NCBI GenBank assembly: GCA_964355075.1
Contig: CAYHCF010000004.1
Location: forward strand, 952-64,951
Origin: an uncultured Chitinophaga sp.
GTDB lineage: Bacteria > Bacteroidota > Bacteroidia > UKL13-3
Length of the DNA stretch: 64,000 nt
Direction: 5' to 3'
Shown here: piece by piece, positions 35,155 through 44,982 of the stretch
How the letters are laid out: each line of letters starts with the position of its first letter
How positions within the stretch are numbered: the stretch's first letter is position 1
Notes under the pieces: model-generated
The model's database searches: none
Told to the model about the DNA's origin: nothing
What the model saw: only the letters and a program-made list of their open reading frames with translations
Made by a program: the position numbers and the translations under genes

Positions 35155-37206
35155 ATGCAACTGCCTAAATATTTCGCTTTTTGGTTTTTTGCCCTGATTT
35201 TAATTTGCTTTCACTTATTTGCTTTCACCGGTCATTTCGGATATGATGACCTGCATTATGCCAAACTTGCCAAAAGGTTTCTGGATGGCCAGATTGATTA
35301 CACAGATCATTACGCCTACCGTTGGACCACCATTACGTACCTCTCCTTGTTCTACCGGTATTTGGGCATCAATGATTTTTCAATTGCCTGTTCTGCTCTA
35401 AGTGTATCCATAGCCACTTTGTATATTAGTTATTTATTGTTGAAAGAACTTGAAACAAAGATCATTTTCTTTTCACTTTCCATTCAGGTATTGGGAAGCT
35501 GGTATTTGTTTTATACCGATAAATTGACTCCGGATATTTATGTGCTATTTTTTGCTACACTTTCCATTTTTTTTATCAGCAGGCAACGCTTTTGCCTGAA
35601 AAAACCATCCACTCTATTAAATGCTGCGGGTTTGGCAATGGCTTTGTGCCTGGGTTTTTTGAGCAAAGAAACCATTCTAATTGCTGTCCCGGCAATTTTA
35701 TTTTTTGCAATCAGCGACTGGATCCAACAGAAGAACCGTTTATTTTGGTTGAGTTCAGCCTCTTTTGGACTACTATTTTTGTCAGCCTATTTTTATTTTA
35801 TCCTAAGAATCACAGGCAGTGTTTTTTCGAGATTTTCAGCCATCCAATCGGGAGCCTATTTTAACCTCTGCAGTTATGATGTTCAGAATAGTATTTTTCT
35901 GATCCGGCGAATCACTTATGAGTTTATTGAATTATTTATCCAAACAGGTGCTGCTATTCCGTTGGTGTTTCTTGTTAGTTATTTATCCAGGAATTCCTTT
36001 CCTTTTTGGAAACCGGAAAATAAACAACAATTTTATGTGGTACTCTGTTTTTTTCTGTTACTGACCGGAAATTTTATGCCCACCAGTCTGAAATCTTATA
36101 GCCCTATATGTCTTGATATTCGCCATTTTCTGATGTTGATGCCTCCATTGGCTATCGTTGCAGGTTTTGGTTTGAAGGAATATTTGTCGGCTGAAAGAAG
36201 TAATTTCTCCATTGTACGCTGGCTGTTTTTGTTGACTGTCATTTCATTTTTCTTCGATTCAAAATATACTTTTACTTTATACATGCCATTTGCAATTTTA
36301 TGGCTGTTACACGGCCTGTCTAAAAACGCATGGATACAAAGAACCTTCATTGTTTTGCTCTTTTTGATCCAGTTACAAGCTGCTTTCGAATGGATTATAT
36401 ATGCAAGAGGATTGAAGTATGAAAACCAAAAGGAGGATATCATTCAGCTACTAAACCGTTATCCAAAAGACACCCTGATAACGGATGAAGTTCAAAAACG
36501 ATTGATTTACTTTTATGAAAAATTCGACTCAGGCAGCTATCATCCCATTCAAACCTATGATCAGGTTGATGCAAAATTCTATACGAATAAAATTATTTAT
36601 TCAAACTGGTATACACAATATTTATCGGGCATGCAAAATGCGAATTTGCCATTGTGGATGCGGCTCAACAATGACAGTAAAAGAATTCTGTTCAGGGATT
36701 CACCGCTCGGAATTGAAGCCTTCCGGTTTTCGAAAATGATTGATTTAAAAACCCTGTTCAAAGATAGTTTTGGCTATGAAGCCCAACAGAAATTCTGGAC
36801 TTTTCATGAAGACTCCAGGGAATCCAAATTTGTATTTTCAGGAAATTATTCCGAAAGAATAAACACCTATTCTGCCACTTTTGAATTTCCGGTAGATTCA
36901 TTTCATTTAAGTGGAACGGGACAGTGGATTATCCGGGCAAGGACTCGCTGCAAAATGAAAGATCATGCCGAAGTAAAATTAGTCGTTGAAATTTCTTCTC
37001 CTGTAAAGAATTTGTTCTGGAAAGGAGAAGATTGTAATCATTTTATGAAAGCATACGGTTTATGGTGGGAAATAAAAAACGAACTGATCCTTAATCAATC
37101 AGATTTTATGCATAAACAGGCAAAAGTAAAAATTTATGTCTGGATGAATTCCAAAACAGAGGTCTTTCTGGATGATTGGCTGGTTGAGGTGGATTCTGCT
37201 CAATAA
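35155..37206 (+). CDS. Membrane glycosyltransferase, GT-C fold (ArnT / GT39/83-like) with C-terminal soluble domain
   Basis: 683 aa. First loop 'GHFGYDDLHYAKLAKRFLDG'. About 11 TM helices, then a roughly 250-aa soluble region. Confidence 0.65.
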   Translation: MQLPKYFAFWFFALILICFHLFAFTGHFGYDDLHYAKLAKRFLDGQIDYTDHYAYRWTTITYLSLFYRYLGINDFSIACSALSVSIATLYISYLLLKELETKIIFFSLSIQVLGSWYLFYTDKLTPDIYVLFFATLSIFFISRQRFCLKKPSTLLNAAGLAMALCLGFLSKETILIAVPAILFFAISDWIQQKNRLFWLSSASFGLLFLSAYFYFILRITGSVFSRFSAIQSGAYFNLCSYDVQNSIFLIRRITYEFIELFIQTGAAIPLVFLVSYLSRNSFPFWKPENKQQFYVVLCFFLLLTGNFMPTSLKSYSPICLDIRHFLMLMPPLAIVAGFGLKEYLSAERSNFSIVRWLFLLTVISFFFDSKYTFTLYMPFAILWLLHGLSKNAWIQRTFIVLLFLIQLQAAFEWIIYARGLKYENQKEDIIQLLNRYPKDTLITDEVQKRLIYFYEKFDSGSYHPIQTYDQVDAKFYTNKIIYSNWYTQYLSGMQNANLPLWMRLNNDSKRILFRDSPLGIEAFRFSKMIDLKTLFKDSFGYEAQQKFWTFHEDSRESKFVFSGNYSERINTYSATFEFPVDSFHLSGTGQWIIRARTRCKMKDHAEVKLVVEISSPVKNLFWKGEDCNHFMKAYGLWWEIKNELILNQSDFMHKQAKVKIYVWMNSKTEVFLDDWLVEVDSAQ

Positions 37207-37323
37207 GGAAAGCAAAAATCCTGTTTTCTCCTTCTTAAACATTCGGTGTTCAACATTCGACTTTCATCATTTCCTGCTTTCTGTATCAAAATTTCTGCTA
37301 TGTGCTTAAAACATAAAACTCCC

Positions 37324-37331
37324 TACCTTTG
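37324..37331 (+). promoter_or_regulatory. Candidate -7 box TACCTTTG for lpd
   Basis: Perfect TAnnTTTG, 26 nt upstream of ATG 37358. Confidence 0.4.
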
Positions 37332-37357
37332 CCCTTCATTAAAAAAACTTATTCAAT

Positions 37358-38752
37358 ATGAAATACGATGTAACCATTATAGGTTCAGGCCCCGGCGGAT
37401 ACGTAGCAGCTATCCGTTGTGCACAGCTGGGATTCAAAACTGCCCTAATCGAAAAATACAATACGCTGGGTGGTACCTGCTTAAATGTTGGCTGTATCCC
37501 TTCAAAAGCCTTGCTCGACAGTTCCGAACACTACCACAATGCTACCCATACCTTCAAAACACATGGTATTGATGTGAACGATATCTCGGTAAATCTCAAG
37601 CAAATGATCGATCGCAAAAATGGCGTAATAAAAGTTACCTGCGATGGCATTGATTTTCTGATGAAAAAAAATAAAATTGATGTGTTTAAAGGCCTTGGTT
37701 CATTTGTAAATAAAAATCTCATTAAAGTAACGGGTGAAAACGAACAACTGGTTGAAACGGATAAAGTAATTATTGCCACAGGCTCAAAACCTTCTGGTTT
37801 ACCTGGATTGCAAATTGATAAAAACCGGATCATCACCTCCACCGAAGCCTTGAACCTGACTGAAGTGCCAAAACATCTGATCATAATTGGTGGCGGAGTA
37901 ATTGGTCTGGAATTGGGTTCGGTTTATGCGCGTTTAGGTTCAAAGGTTTCGGTACTTGAATATACTGCTTCTATTATTCCAACCATGGATGCCACTTTGG
38001 GTAAAGAATTACAACGCAGTTTGCGTAAACTTGGCTTTGCGTTTTTTCTTTCGCATAAGGTAAAATCTGCTGCCGTAAATGGCAATGAAGTAAGTGTAAT
38101 AGCTGATAATGAAAAAGGCGAAGAAATAAGTTTTAGTGGTGATTATTGTTTGGTAAGTGTAGGCAGAAAACCCTTTACCGAAGGTTTGGGATTAGAAAAT
38201 GCGGGTATAAAGCTGGACGAACGGGGCAGGATTGAAACCGACGAGCACCTTGAAACAAATATAAAAGGCATTTATGCTATTGGTGATGTAGTAAAAGGTG
38301 CCATGCTTGCTCATAAAGCAGAAGAAGAAGGTGTTTTTGTTGCCGAAACAATGGCAGGACAAAAACCGCATATCCATTATAACCTGATTCCGGGGGTGGT
38401 TTATACCTGGCCCGAAGTTGCCGGAGTGGGTGCAACTGAGGAAGAACTAAAGAAATCAGGAACCCAATACAAAGTGGGTTCATTCCCCATGCGTGCCTTA
38501 GGCCGGGCACGTGCCAGCATGGACATTGATGGTTTGGTGAAAATTCTGGCCCATGCCGAAACCGATGAGATTCTGGGCGTGCACATGATTGGACCACGCG
38601 TGGCCGATTTAATTGCTGAAGCGGTTGTGGCAATGGAATTTAAAGCCAGTGCCGAAGCGCTTTCACGCATGAGTCATGCGCACCCTACCTATGCTGAAGC
38701 TGTAAAAGAAGCAGCATTGGCAGCAACAGCGAATCGTGCTATACACCTGTAG
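37358..38752 (+). CDS. lpdA: Dihydrolipoyl dehydrogenase
   Basis: 'GSGPGGY', redox-active disulfide 'GGTCLNVGCIPSK', second NAD-binding 'IIGGGVIGLE', C-terminal 'HAHPT'. Confidence 0.95.
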   Translation: MKYDVTIIGSGPGGYVAAIRCAQLGFKTALIEKYNTLGGTCLNVGCIPSKALLDSSEHYHNATHTFKTHGIDVNDISVNLKQMIDRKNGVIKVTCDGIDFLMKKNKIDVFKGLGSFVNKNLIKVTGENEQLVETDKVIIATGSKPSGLPGLQIDKNRIITSTEALNLTEVPKHLIIIGGGVIGLELGSVYARLGSKVSVLEYTASIIPTMDATLGKELQRSLRKLGFAFFLSHKVKSAAVNGNEVSVIADNEKGEEISFSGDYCLVSVGRKPFTEGLGLENAGIKLDERGRIETDEHLETNIKGIYAIGDVVKGAMLAHKAEEEGVFVAETMAGQKPHIHYNLIPGVVYTWPEVAGVGATEEELKKSGTQYKVGSFPMRALGRARASMDIDGLVKILAHAETDEILGVHMIGPRVADLIAEAVVAMEFKASAEALSRMSHAHPTYAEAVKEAALAATANRAIHL

Positions 38753-38798
38753 GTTTTGGAATGTATACGTATACCGGTTAAATCAAAAATAAATCAAT

Positions 38799-39356
38799 AT
38801 GAGAGACCTGATAAAAAGAAATTTAAATGGAAAGAAGGTTTTACTTCTGTTTGCGATTACCAATATCATTTATGCTTTTATGCTGCTTTTTACAATACCT
38901 GATGTGATGGGGTTTTCGGGAGGAATGAAGTTATTGGATATGATGCCAACAGGGTACAATCATGCATATGTTAACTCACTTTTTGCTACATTAGGTGAAA
39001 CCGGAAGAGATGCCTATTTAAAGAATCAAATTCCTGTAGACATGATTTATCCATTACTTTTTGGCCTTTGTTATTGTTTAACCCTTGCCTATTTTCTAAA
39101 CAAACTGGGTAAACTAGAAAGCCCTTTTTTCTACCTTTGTTTTATTCCAGTTTTTGCTGCAGTTTTTGATTATTCAGAGAATATCGGAATCATAACAATG
39201 TTGACTTATTATCCCGATAATTCAAGCTTACAGACACAAATTACAAATGTTTTCTCCATCTTAAAAAGTTCATTTACAATGGTCTTCTTTTTAATCCTGT
39301 TGATTTCATTCATTACATTTGGTTTTAAAAAATATTTTTCTAATATAAATGCCTAA
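38799..39356 (+). CDS. Hypothetical membrane protein
   Basis: 185 aa with 4-5 TM helices. Overlaps the next gene by 8 nt. Confidence 0.5.
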   Translation: MRDLIKRNLNGKKVLLLFAITNIIYAFMLLFTIPDVMGFSGGMKLLDMMPTGYNHAYVNSLFATLGETGRDAYLKNQIPVDMIYPLLFGLCYCLTLAYFLNKLGKLESPFFYLCFIPVFAAVFDYSENIGIITMLTYYPDNSSLQTQITNVFSILKSSFTMVFFLILLISFITFGFKKYFSNINA

Positions 39357-40599
39357 AACAAAATTGTTGAAGTACTTCATCTTAATTATTTCCATATCCG
39401 GTCTTTTTGTTTTTTTCGAACGTTTCCTGCCTGATAAATTAGGTGGAAATTATTCAAAAAAACCATCCGATCTGAATCAGGGATTAAGCCCTAAAGCAAA
39501 GCAATTAATGAACGCTGCTTTTGATGGGCTTGATTCGTCAAGAATACTCGATTATCACACACATGTTGTAGGTGTGGGTGAAGGTAATACCGGGAATTTT
39601 GTGAATGAGGAAATGTTGTCAAATTTTCATTTAGTGAAACATTTTGCATTTAAGGTTTACCTCAGTGCCGCCGGTATTGCGAATTCAAAAAAAGCAGATT
39701 CGGAATATCTACAGCGCTTGCTTGAACTGATCAGAAATATTCCTCATCATGGAAAGTATAATTTACTTGCATTCGACAAAAATTACAACCTGGACGGAAC
39801 TCCAAACCTCAAAAAAACAGAATTTTATGTGCCGAATGAATATGTGTTTTCTTTGGCCGAAAGATATCCTGATCTTTTTAATCCGGTCATGTCGGTTCAT
39901 CCATACCGAAAAGATGCCCTGACGGAATTAGATAAATGGGCTCAAAGAGGAGCTCATTTGGTAAAATGGCTGCCAAATTCCATGAATATTGATCCATCCG
40001 ATGAAAAGTGTAAAGACTTTTATGAAAAGATGAAGGAGCGGAATTTAGTTCTGCTAACCCATGCCGGCCACGAAAAAGCGGTTGAGGCAGAAGACGCCCA
40101 GAAACTGGGAAACCCCCTATTGCTAAAAGCCCCATTAGATGCCGGTATAAAAGTAATTGTTGCGCATTGTGCCGGTTTAGGTGAAGTGGAATGCGTAGAT
40201 AGTTCGGGGAAGTTGGTGATGAGGAAATCTTTTGATTTATTTATGGAGATGATGCGGGATAAAAAATATGAAGGTTTGTTGTTTGGAGATATTTCGGCTA
40301 TGACTCAATTTAACAGATCAGGTGTTCCCTTAACCACCGTTTTGGATAATCCTTCTATTCAGAGTCGCTTAGTTAACGGAAGCGATTATCCCTTACCTGC
40401 AGTTAATATCGTTATCAGAACAAGTTTACTTGAGGATCAAGGCTATATTACGCATAGTGAAAAGCAAGCCTTAAATGAGATTTACAATTACAATCCGCTG
40501 CTTTTCGATTTTGTATTGAAACGCACCTTACGTTCCCCAAAAACCAAAAGGAAATTTTCTGATTCCATTTTTATGGTGAACCCTTTACTGGGATTTTAA
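39349..40599 (+). CDS. Amidohydrolase-family (TIM-barrel metal hydrolase) protein, membrane-anchored
   Basis: 416 aa. N-terminal anchor, 'DYHTHVVG', 'LLTHAGHE', 'VAHCAG'. Confidence 0.6.
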   Translation: MPKTKLLKYFILIISISGLFVFFERFLPDKLGGNYSKKPSDLNQGLSPKAKQLMNAAFDGLDSSRILDYHTHVVGVGEGNTGNFVNEEMLSNFHLVKHFAFKVYLSAAGIANSKKADSEYLQRLLELIRNIPHHGKYNLLAFDKNYNLDGTPNLKKTEFYVPNEYVFSLAERYPDLFNPVMSVHPYRKDALTELDKWAQRGAHLVKWLPNSMNIDPSDEKCKDFYEKMKERNLVLLTHAGHEKAVEAEDAQKLGNPLLLKAPLDAGIKVIVAHCAGLGEVECVDSSGKLVMRKSFDLFMEMMRDKKYEGLLFGDISAMTQFNRSGVPLTTVLDNPSIQSRLVNGSDYPLPAVNIVIRTSLLEDQGYITHSEKQALNEIYNYNPLLFDFVLKRTLRSPKTKRKFSDSIFMVNPLLGF

Positions 40600-40653
40600 C
40601 ACCAAAATATTTTATAATTTTAGACCGGTTTACCTGTTGCGTTTTCCGGAAAC

Positions 40654-40691
40654 AAAAAAGTCGGCTTCGCATATTTACGAGCCGACTTTTT
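40654..40691. terminator. Bidirectional intrinsic terminator
   Basis: A6-GTCGGCTTCG-loop-CGAGCCGAC-T5, between convergent genes. Confidence 0.8.
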
Positions 40692-40709
40692 ATCGAAAGG
40701 TCTATTAAA

Positions 40710-42737
40710 TTATCGAATTACATTTAACTTCTTAACGGCAGTTTTGCCATCAACGTTTAATTCAACAAAATAGAAACCATTTTGCAATTGATCACAATTA
40801 ACGGTTCCGTTTAAACTGCTGATGTTTTGAGTCATTACTTCTTTTCCGTTAATATCTAAAATCCTGATGGTGCCATTGCTGGACGAACCGGTAAAGGTAA
40901 CGCTAAAGCTTGAAGCAGCAGGATTTGGATTAAGGTTCAAACCTAATTCATTGATTTCATTAACTCCCAAAGGCCAGGTAAGACCTGAGGAAACCGATTG
41001 CCATACTGTTTTATCGGCATCATCTTGTAAGAAAACAATCGCAAATAAACTGTTCATATCCTCAACCGAATTTTCGGTGGCTAGGTTAATAACGTTAGCT
41101 GCTTGTCCATCTGAAGGCAAACGATAGTTACCGGGAAATGTATAGGTTTGTGAATAAGGAACCGCTGTACCCGCTGCGAAACTAACGGCAGTACCAGCTG
41201 CATCGGGTAACATCTTTTTGTTTACATTGTAAAATTCAAGCTCCCCATTGGTTTTTTTATTTGCTTTGGTAACGCGTTCAACAATGGAAATACGTAATTT
41301 CATACTGGTATTGGTAAATGACTGAACCGGTGTAACATTTCCGGTAACCGTAACTTGTTTGCCAGTTCTGGAAAAATTAGCAGTTAATGACGCCAAAGAT
41401 GGAATTGCAGCAAATCCGTCAAAAATTGCCTCGGTATAGCTGTTCGCATTATTATTCCAGGCACCGTCAACAGTTAACCAGGGGGCATAAGTAGAACCAT
41501 AATAGCCAAAACGAACCGTATTTTCAGCTGTCATGTATGGGTCGCCTGTACCCGGGAAATGCATTTGATATTTAATTACATTCCAGGATCCCATTTTTAC
41601 ATCCAAAACAGACTTTATCATATCATTCCCCGGTTTACAAGGAGGACAGGTTGAAGAGGTAAATACTTCATGCAATACCACGCGGGGAATAGTTGAGTTT
41701 ACGATTACAAAAGAACCGGTAGCATTATTATTGGATGAATCTCCGTCCATACCTGCATTTGGATTTGAAACCCAAAGTTTAACAGTTGAATTAGCAGCTG
41801 TAGTACCGATATATGGGATATTATGAGTAAAGCTATAAGTACCGCCACTTGAGGCAATGCTTAAGCCCGATAATAACATGGTTACCGTTGCACCATTATC
41901 TACCGAGTAATTTAATTTAAATGAACTTAAACTTTGTGAACCATAATTAGTAACCGATCCTTTAAAATTTAATGGTGAGTTTTTTGCCTGATATTTTGGA
42001 ATATTCAAACTGGTCAATTCAATATCATTGAGTGGTTGAGTTCCTGGTTTGAAGGTATAAACTGCCATGGTGGTATAATCATCGTCAGCAGATGTAGCGT
42101 CAAAATCTGTACTCGGTGCACCGGCTACGGCTAACCCTGATGTCCCGTCAGAATTGTTATACCCGATGGTTCCTGCAATGGCCACACTTCTTTGGTTCGT
42201 TACAATATCAAACCCTTTGCCTTCATAAAACCGGATACCAAAAGATCCCAGGCTCGCTCCCGGCGTTGTAACCGATAACCATTGCACCACATGAATCCGA
42301 TTGGGTGCAGTACCATAAGTCCAGGAGAAAACCTGATCTACCACTCCTCCTCCGGCTGCCAGTTTAAAATTATACCAAAACCCAAATATTGCATTTTTGG
42401 GAGCTGAGGTACTTGGCAAAGTTGTGGCTGTAGTAGGGTTGGCTGTTTCGGTCAGATCAAAAGTTAAGAAACCATTGTCGCTAACTTTATAACTGGTTAC
42501 GGGCGTTCCTAAAAAATTCCACGCAAAGGGTAAAGTCTGGGTTGCCGAATAAGTTTGATCAGAAGGAATTGCCAGAACAGAGGTAGTACCTGTTCCACGA
42601 ACGGCTTTCTTGTAATCATAATTGGTGCCGTTTACAGTCCCAACCAGACCTTTCGATTTTAGGTAAAAATAGCTTTGAGCAGATAAACTGGTTCCTAGAA
42701 TAAGAACAAAAGCTAATGTAAGTAATTGTTTTTTCAT
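40710..42737 (-). CDS. Secreted T9SS cargo protein with an internal thioredoxin/Omp28-like CxxC region
   Basis: 675 aa. Signal peptide. 'HEVFTSSTCPPCKPGN'. C-terminal Por-secretion tail (..NPNPAASSFSV..ILDINGKEV..LQNGFYFVEL..KKLNVIR). Confidence 0.8.
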   Translation of the reverse strand: MKKQLLTLAFVLILGTSLSAQSYFYLKSKGLVGTVNGTNYDYKKAVRGTGTTSVLAIPSDQTYSATQTLPFAWNFLGTPVTSYKVSDNGFLTFDLTETANPTTATTLPSTSAPKNAIFGFWYNFKLAAGGGVVDQVFSWTYGTAPNRIHVVQWLSVTTPGASLGSFGIRFYEGKGFDIVTNQRSVAIAGTIGYNNSDGTSGLAVAGAPSTDFDATSADDDYTTMAVYTFKPGTQPLNDIELTSLNIPKYQAKNSPLNFKGSVTNYGSQSLSSFKLNYSVDNGATVTMLLSGLSIASSGGTYSFTHNIPYIGTTAANSTVKLWVSNPNAGMDGDSSNNNATGSFVIVNSTIPRVVLHEVFTSSTCPPCKPGNDMIKSVLDVKMGSWNVIKYQMHFPGTGDPYMTAENTVRFGYYGSTYAPWLTVDGAWNNNANSYTEAIFDGFAAIPSLASLTANFSRTGKQVTVTGNVTPVQSFTNTSMKLRISIVERVTKANKKTNGELEFYNVNKKMLPDAAGTAVSFAAGTAVPYSQTYTFPGNYRLPSDGQAANVINLATENSVEDMNSLFAIVFLQDDADKTVWQSVSSGLTWPLGVNEINELGLNLNPNPAASSFSVTFTGSSSNGTIRILDINGKEVMTQNISSLNGTVNCDQLQNGFYFVELNVDGKTAVKKLNVIR

Positions 42738-42964
42738 TGTTTATTGTTTTAAAAGTTTTAATAGTTCATACAGAATCAGTTAACAAAGGCTATTACCAAA
42801 GACGAAACCAACTTTATTAAATTAGGGGCAATTTGCAATAAAAATAAATCTTATCCAAATCATTTTTTTTATTGCAAATTAATTTTACCTTTACCTAACT
42901 TATTTATTATGTAGGAATTAGGACTTTGATCGTGAATGTTTTTCGAACAATTAATTTTATTATT

Positions 42965-43336
42965 ATGAAAAATATTTTTTTAACCGGTTTATTTTTGCTT
43001 TGTACGATAGGCGTTCAGGCGCAATGGAAGGGAGAACATGATATTACAACCGCTACACAAACTGTACAGGATATTAACGGGGAAGATGTACAAATAAAGA
43101 AGGCTCCTCAGTTTGTTGGCAGGGTACAGGGAACGGTTGGAACTTCATACTCCAGTGAAGATATTAAAAATATGCCTACCCGAAGCATCAATAAAATTGC
43201 CGGTCTTACTTTGGGTGTAGAAAGTCAGCATGGAGAAACTCCTATTTTTAAAGGTGCTGAAGGCGGAACTGCTTATTATGTCGACGGCATCAGAGTAAGA
43301 TCCGGAAGCATCCGCATGAGTGGATATGACTTTTAG
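42965..43336 (+). CDS. Small secreted protein resembling a stand-alone TonB-dependent-receptor plug segment
   Basis: 123 aa from ATG 42965. Signal peptide MKNIFLTGLFLLCTIGVQAQ. 'SSEDIKNMPTRSINKIAGLTLGV....PIFKGAEGGTAYYVDGIRV' matches the plug-domain pattern. No barrel follows. Confidence 0.55.
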   Translation: MKNIFLTGLFLLCTIGVQAQWKGEHDITTATQTVQDINGEDVQIKKAPQFVGRVQGTVGTSYSSEDIKNMPTRSINKIAGLTLGVESQHGETPIFKGAEGGTAYYVDGIRVRSGSIRMSGYDF

Positions 43337-43420
43337 TTCCATACAGGAAACAATATAATTTTATTCATTCCGATTAAGGTAATCAGGTTATCGGTAAAAG
43401 AAAAGTAAGTGGAAAGGTTA

Positions 43421-43481
43421 TTACCCATTACCGATTACCCATTACCCATTACCAGTTACCGATTACCAAATACCCATTACC
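43421..43481. repeat. Heptanucleotide microsatellite (TTACCNN) x about 8.7
   Basis: ttaccca ttaccga ttaccca ttaccca ttaccag ttaccga ttaccaa ataccca ttacc. An inverted partner GGTAATCAGGTTATCGGTAA lies at 43378-43397. Confidence 0.9.
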
Positions 43482-43556
43482 TTTTCATTATCCCTTTTAC
43501 AAAATAATATTATCTTGTCTGATATCCCCGATTGATGGATATTCGCGCCTCAAATT

Positions 43557-44969
43557 ATGTCAGGAAAGAAAAAAAAAGAACCCCGGTTTTATGAAAATTT
43601 AAGCATTACCCATGCGGGCAGCGAAGGTAAAAGCATTGCTCGTTTAGAGGGTAAAGTAATCATGGTTGATTATGCAGTACCCGGTGATATCATCAACGCA
43701 AAAGTGGTCTATCAAAAAAGAAACTACGAAACGGCAGTCATTACCGAAATCATAAAACCCTCCGCTGATCGAATAGATACTTTTTGCAGTCATTTTGGAA
43801 TGTGTGGTGGCTGTAAATGGCAACAAATGGCATATTCTGCCCAGCTAACCTATAAACAACAACAGGTTTTAGATGCTTTTGAGAGAATTGGAAAATTTCC
43901 TTTTCCTGCACTTGAACCCATTATAGGTTCAGCAAAAATCAAATATTACCGCAATAAACTCGAATTTTCCTTTACCGATCGAAAATGGCTCACTCAGATA
44001 ACGGATATTGGCTCTTTAACCAAAGAAGAAAATGCCGCATTGGGTTACCATATTCCGGGGAAATTTGATAAGGTTTTTGATGTGGAAAATTGTTATTTGA
44101 TGGACCCATTGAATGATGAGATCAGAAACAGCATCAAAGCATTTTGCAAAAAAAACAATTATGATTTTTTTAACTTATACGGGCAAACCGGGTTTATGCG
44201 GAACCTCATCTTACGCAATAACCTGAAAGGCGAATGGATGCTGATTGTGAGCTTTGGCCATGAAGATTCAGAAAAAAGAATAGCATTGCTAAGTCATATT
44301 CAGCAGGCATTTCCACAAATCACATCGCTGCTTTATGTGATTAACGATAAAAGAAATGATACCATACATGATTTGGATGTTCAGGTGTTTTCGGGATCAG
44401 ACTATTTTCTCGAAAGCCTCGAAAATCTGGATTTTAAAATTGGCCCTAAATCCTTTTTTCAAACCAATACCGGTCAGACCTTAAAACTATATGGCAAAAC
44501 CCGGGAATTTGCACAATTAACAGGACAGGAATTGGTTTATGATTTATATACCGGTGTGGGAACCATTGCGCTATTTTTAGCTAAAAATTCAAAAAGAGTG
44601 GTCGGGCTGGAATCTGTTGAACAGGCTATCGCCGATGCAAAAAAGAATGCTGTATGGAACCAAATTGACAATGCTGATTTTTATGCAGGGGATATGAAAG
44701 ATTTGTTGACAACAGCTTTTATTGAAAAAAATGGCAAGCCCGATGTAGTGATTACCGATCCGCCCAGAATGGGAATGCATGAAGATGTGATCAAACAATT
44801 GCTCGAAATAAAACCCAAACGTATTGTTTATGTGAGCTGCAACCCCGCAACTCAGGCGAGAGATATTGCACTCATGAGTGAACAGTATCGGGTAACCCGG
44901 GTTCAGCCGGTTGATATGTTTCCACATACACACCATGTTGAGAATATTGCCTTACTCGAATTGATCTAA
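43557..44969 (+). CDS. rlmD: 23S rRNA (uracil-C5)-methyltransferase RlmD/RumA family
   Basis: TRAM-like N-terminus. Fe-S cysteines 'CSHFGMCGGCKWQ'. SAM motif 'DLYTGVGTIAL', 'DPPRMG', catalytic 'VSCNP'. Confidence 0.9.
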   Translation: MSGKKKKEPRFYENLSITHAGSEGKSIARLEGKVIMVDYAVPGDIINAKVVYQKRNYETAVITEIIKPSADRIDTFCSHFGMCGGCKWQQMAYSAQLTYKQQQVLDAFERIGKFPFPALEPIIGSAKIKYYRNKLEFSFTDRKWLTQITDIGSLTKEENAALGYHIPGKFDKVFDVENCYLMDPLNDEIRNSIKAFCKKNNYDFFNLYGQTGFMRNLILRNNLKGEWMLIVSFGHEDSEKRIALLSHIQQAFPQITSLLYVINDKRNDTIHDLDVQVFSGSDYFLESLENLDFKIGPKSFFQTNTGQTLKLYGKTREFAQLTGQELVYDLYTGVGTIALFLAKNSKRVVGLESVEQAIADAKKNAVWNQIDNADFYAGDMKDLLTTAFIEKNGKPDVVITDPPRMGMHEDVIKQLLEIKPKRIVYVSCNPATQARDIALMSEQYRVTRVQPVDMFPHTHHVENIALLELI

Positions 44970-44982
44970 GAAGTTGCCTGAT

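Noticed and set aside
37246-37572. 108-aa ORF overlapping the start of lpd
   Set aside because: It is out of frame with a clear lpd gene, and a -7 promoter box lies inside it. There are no features.
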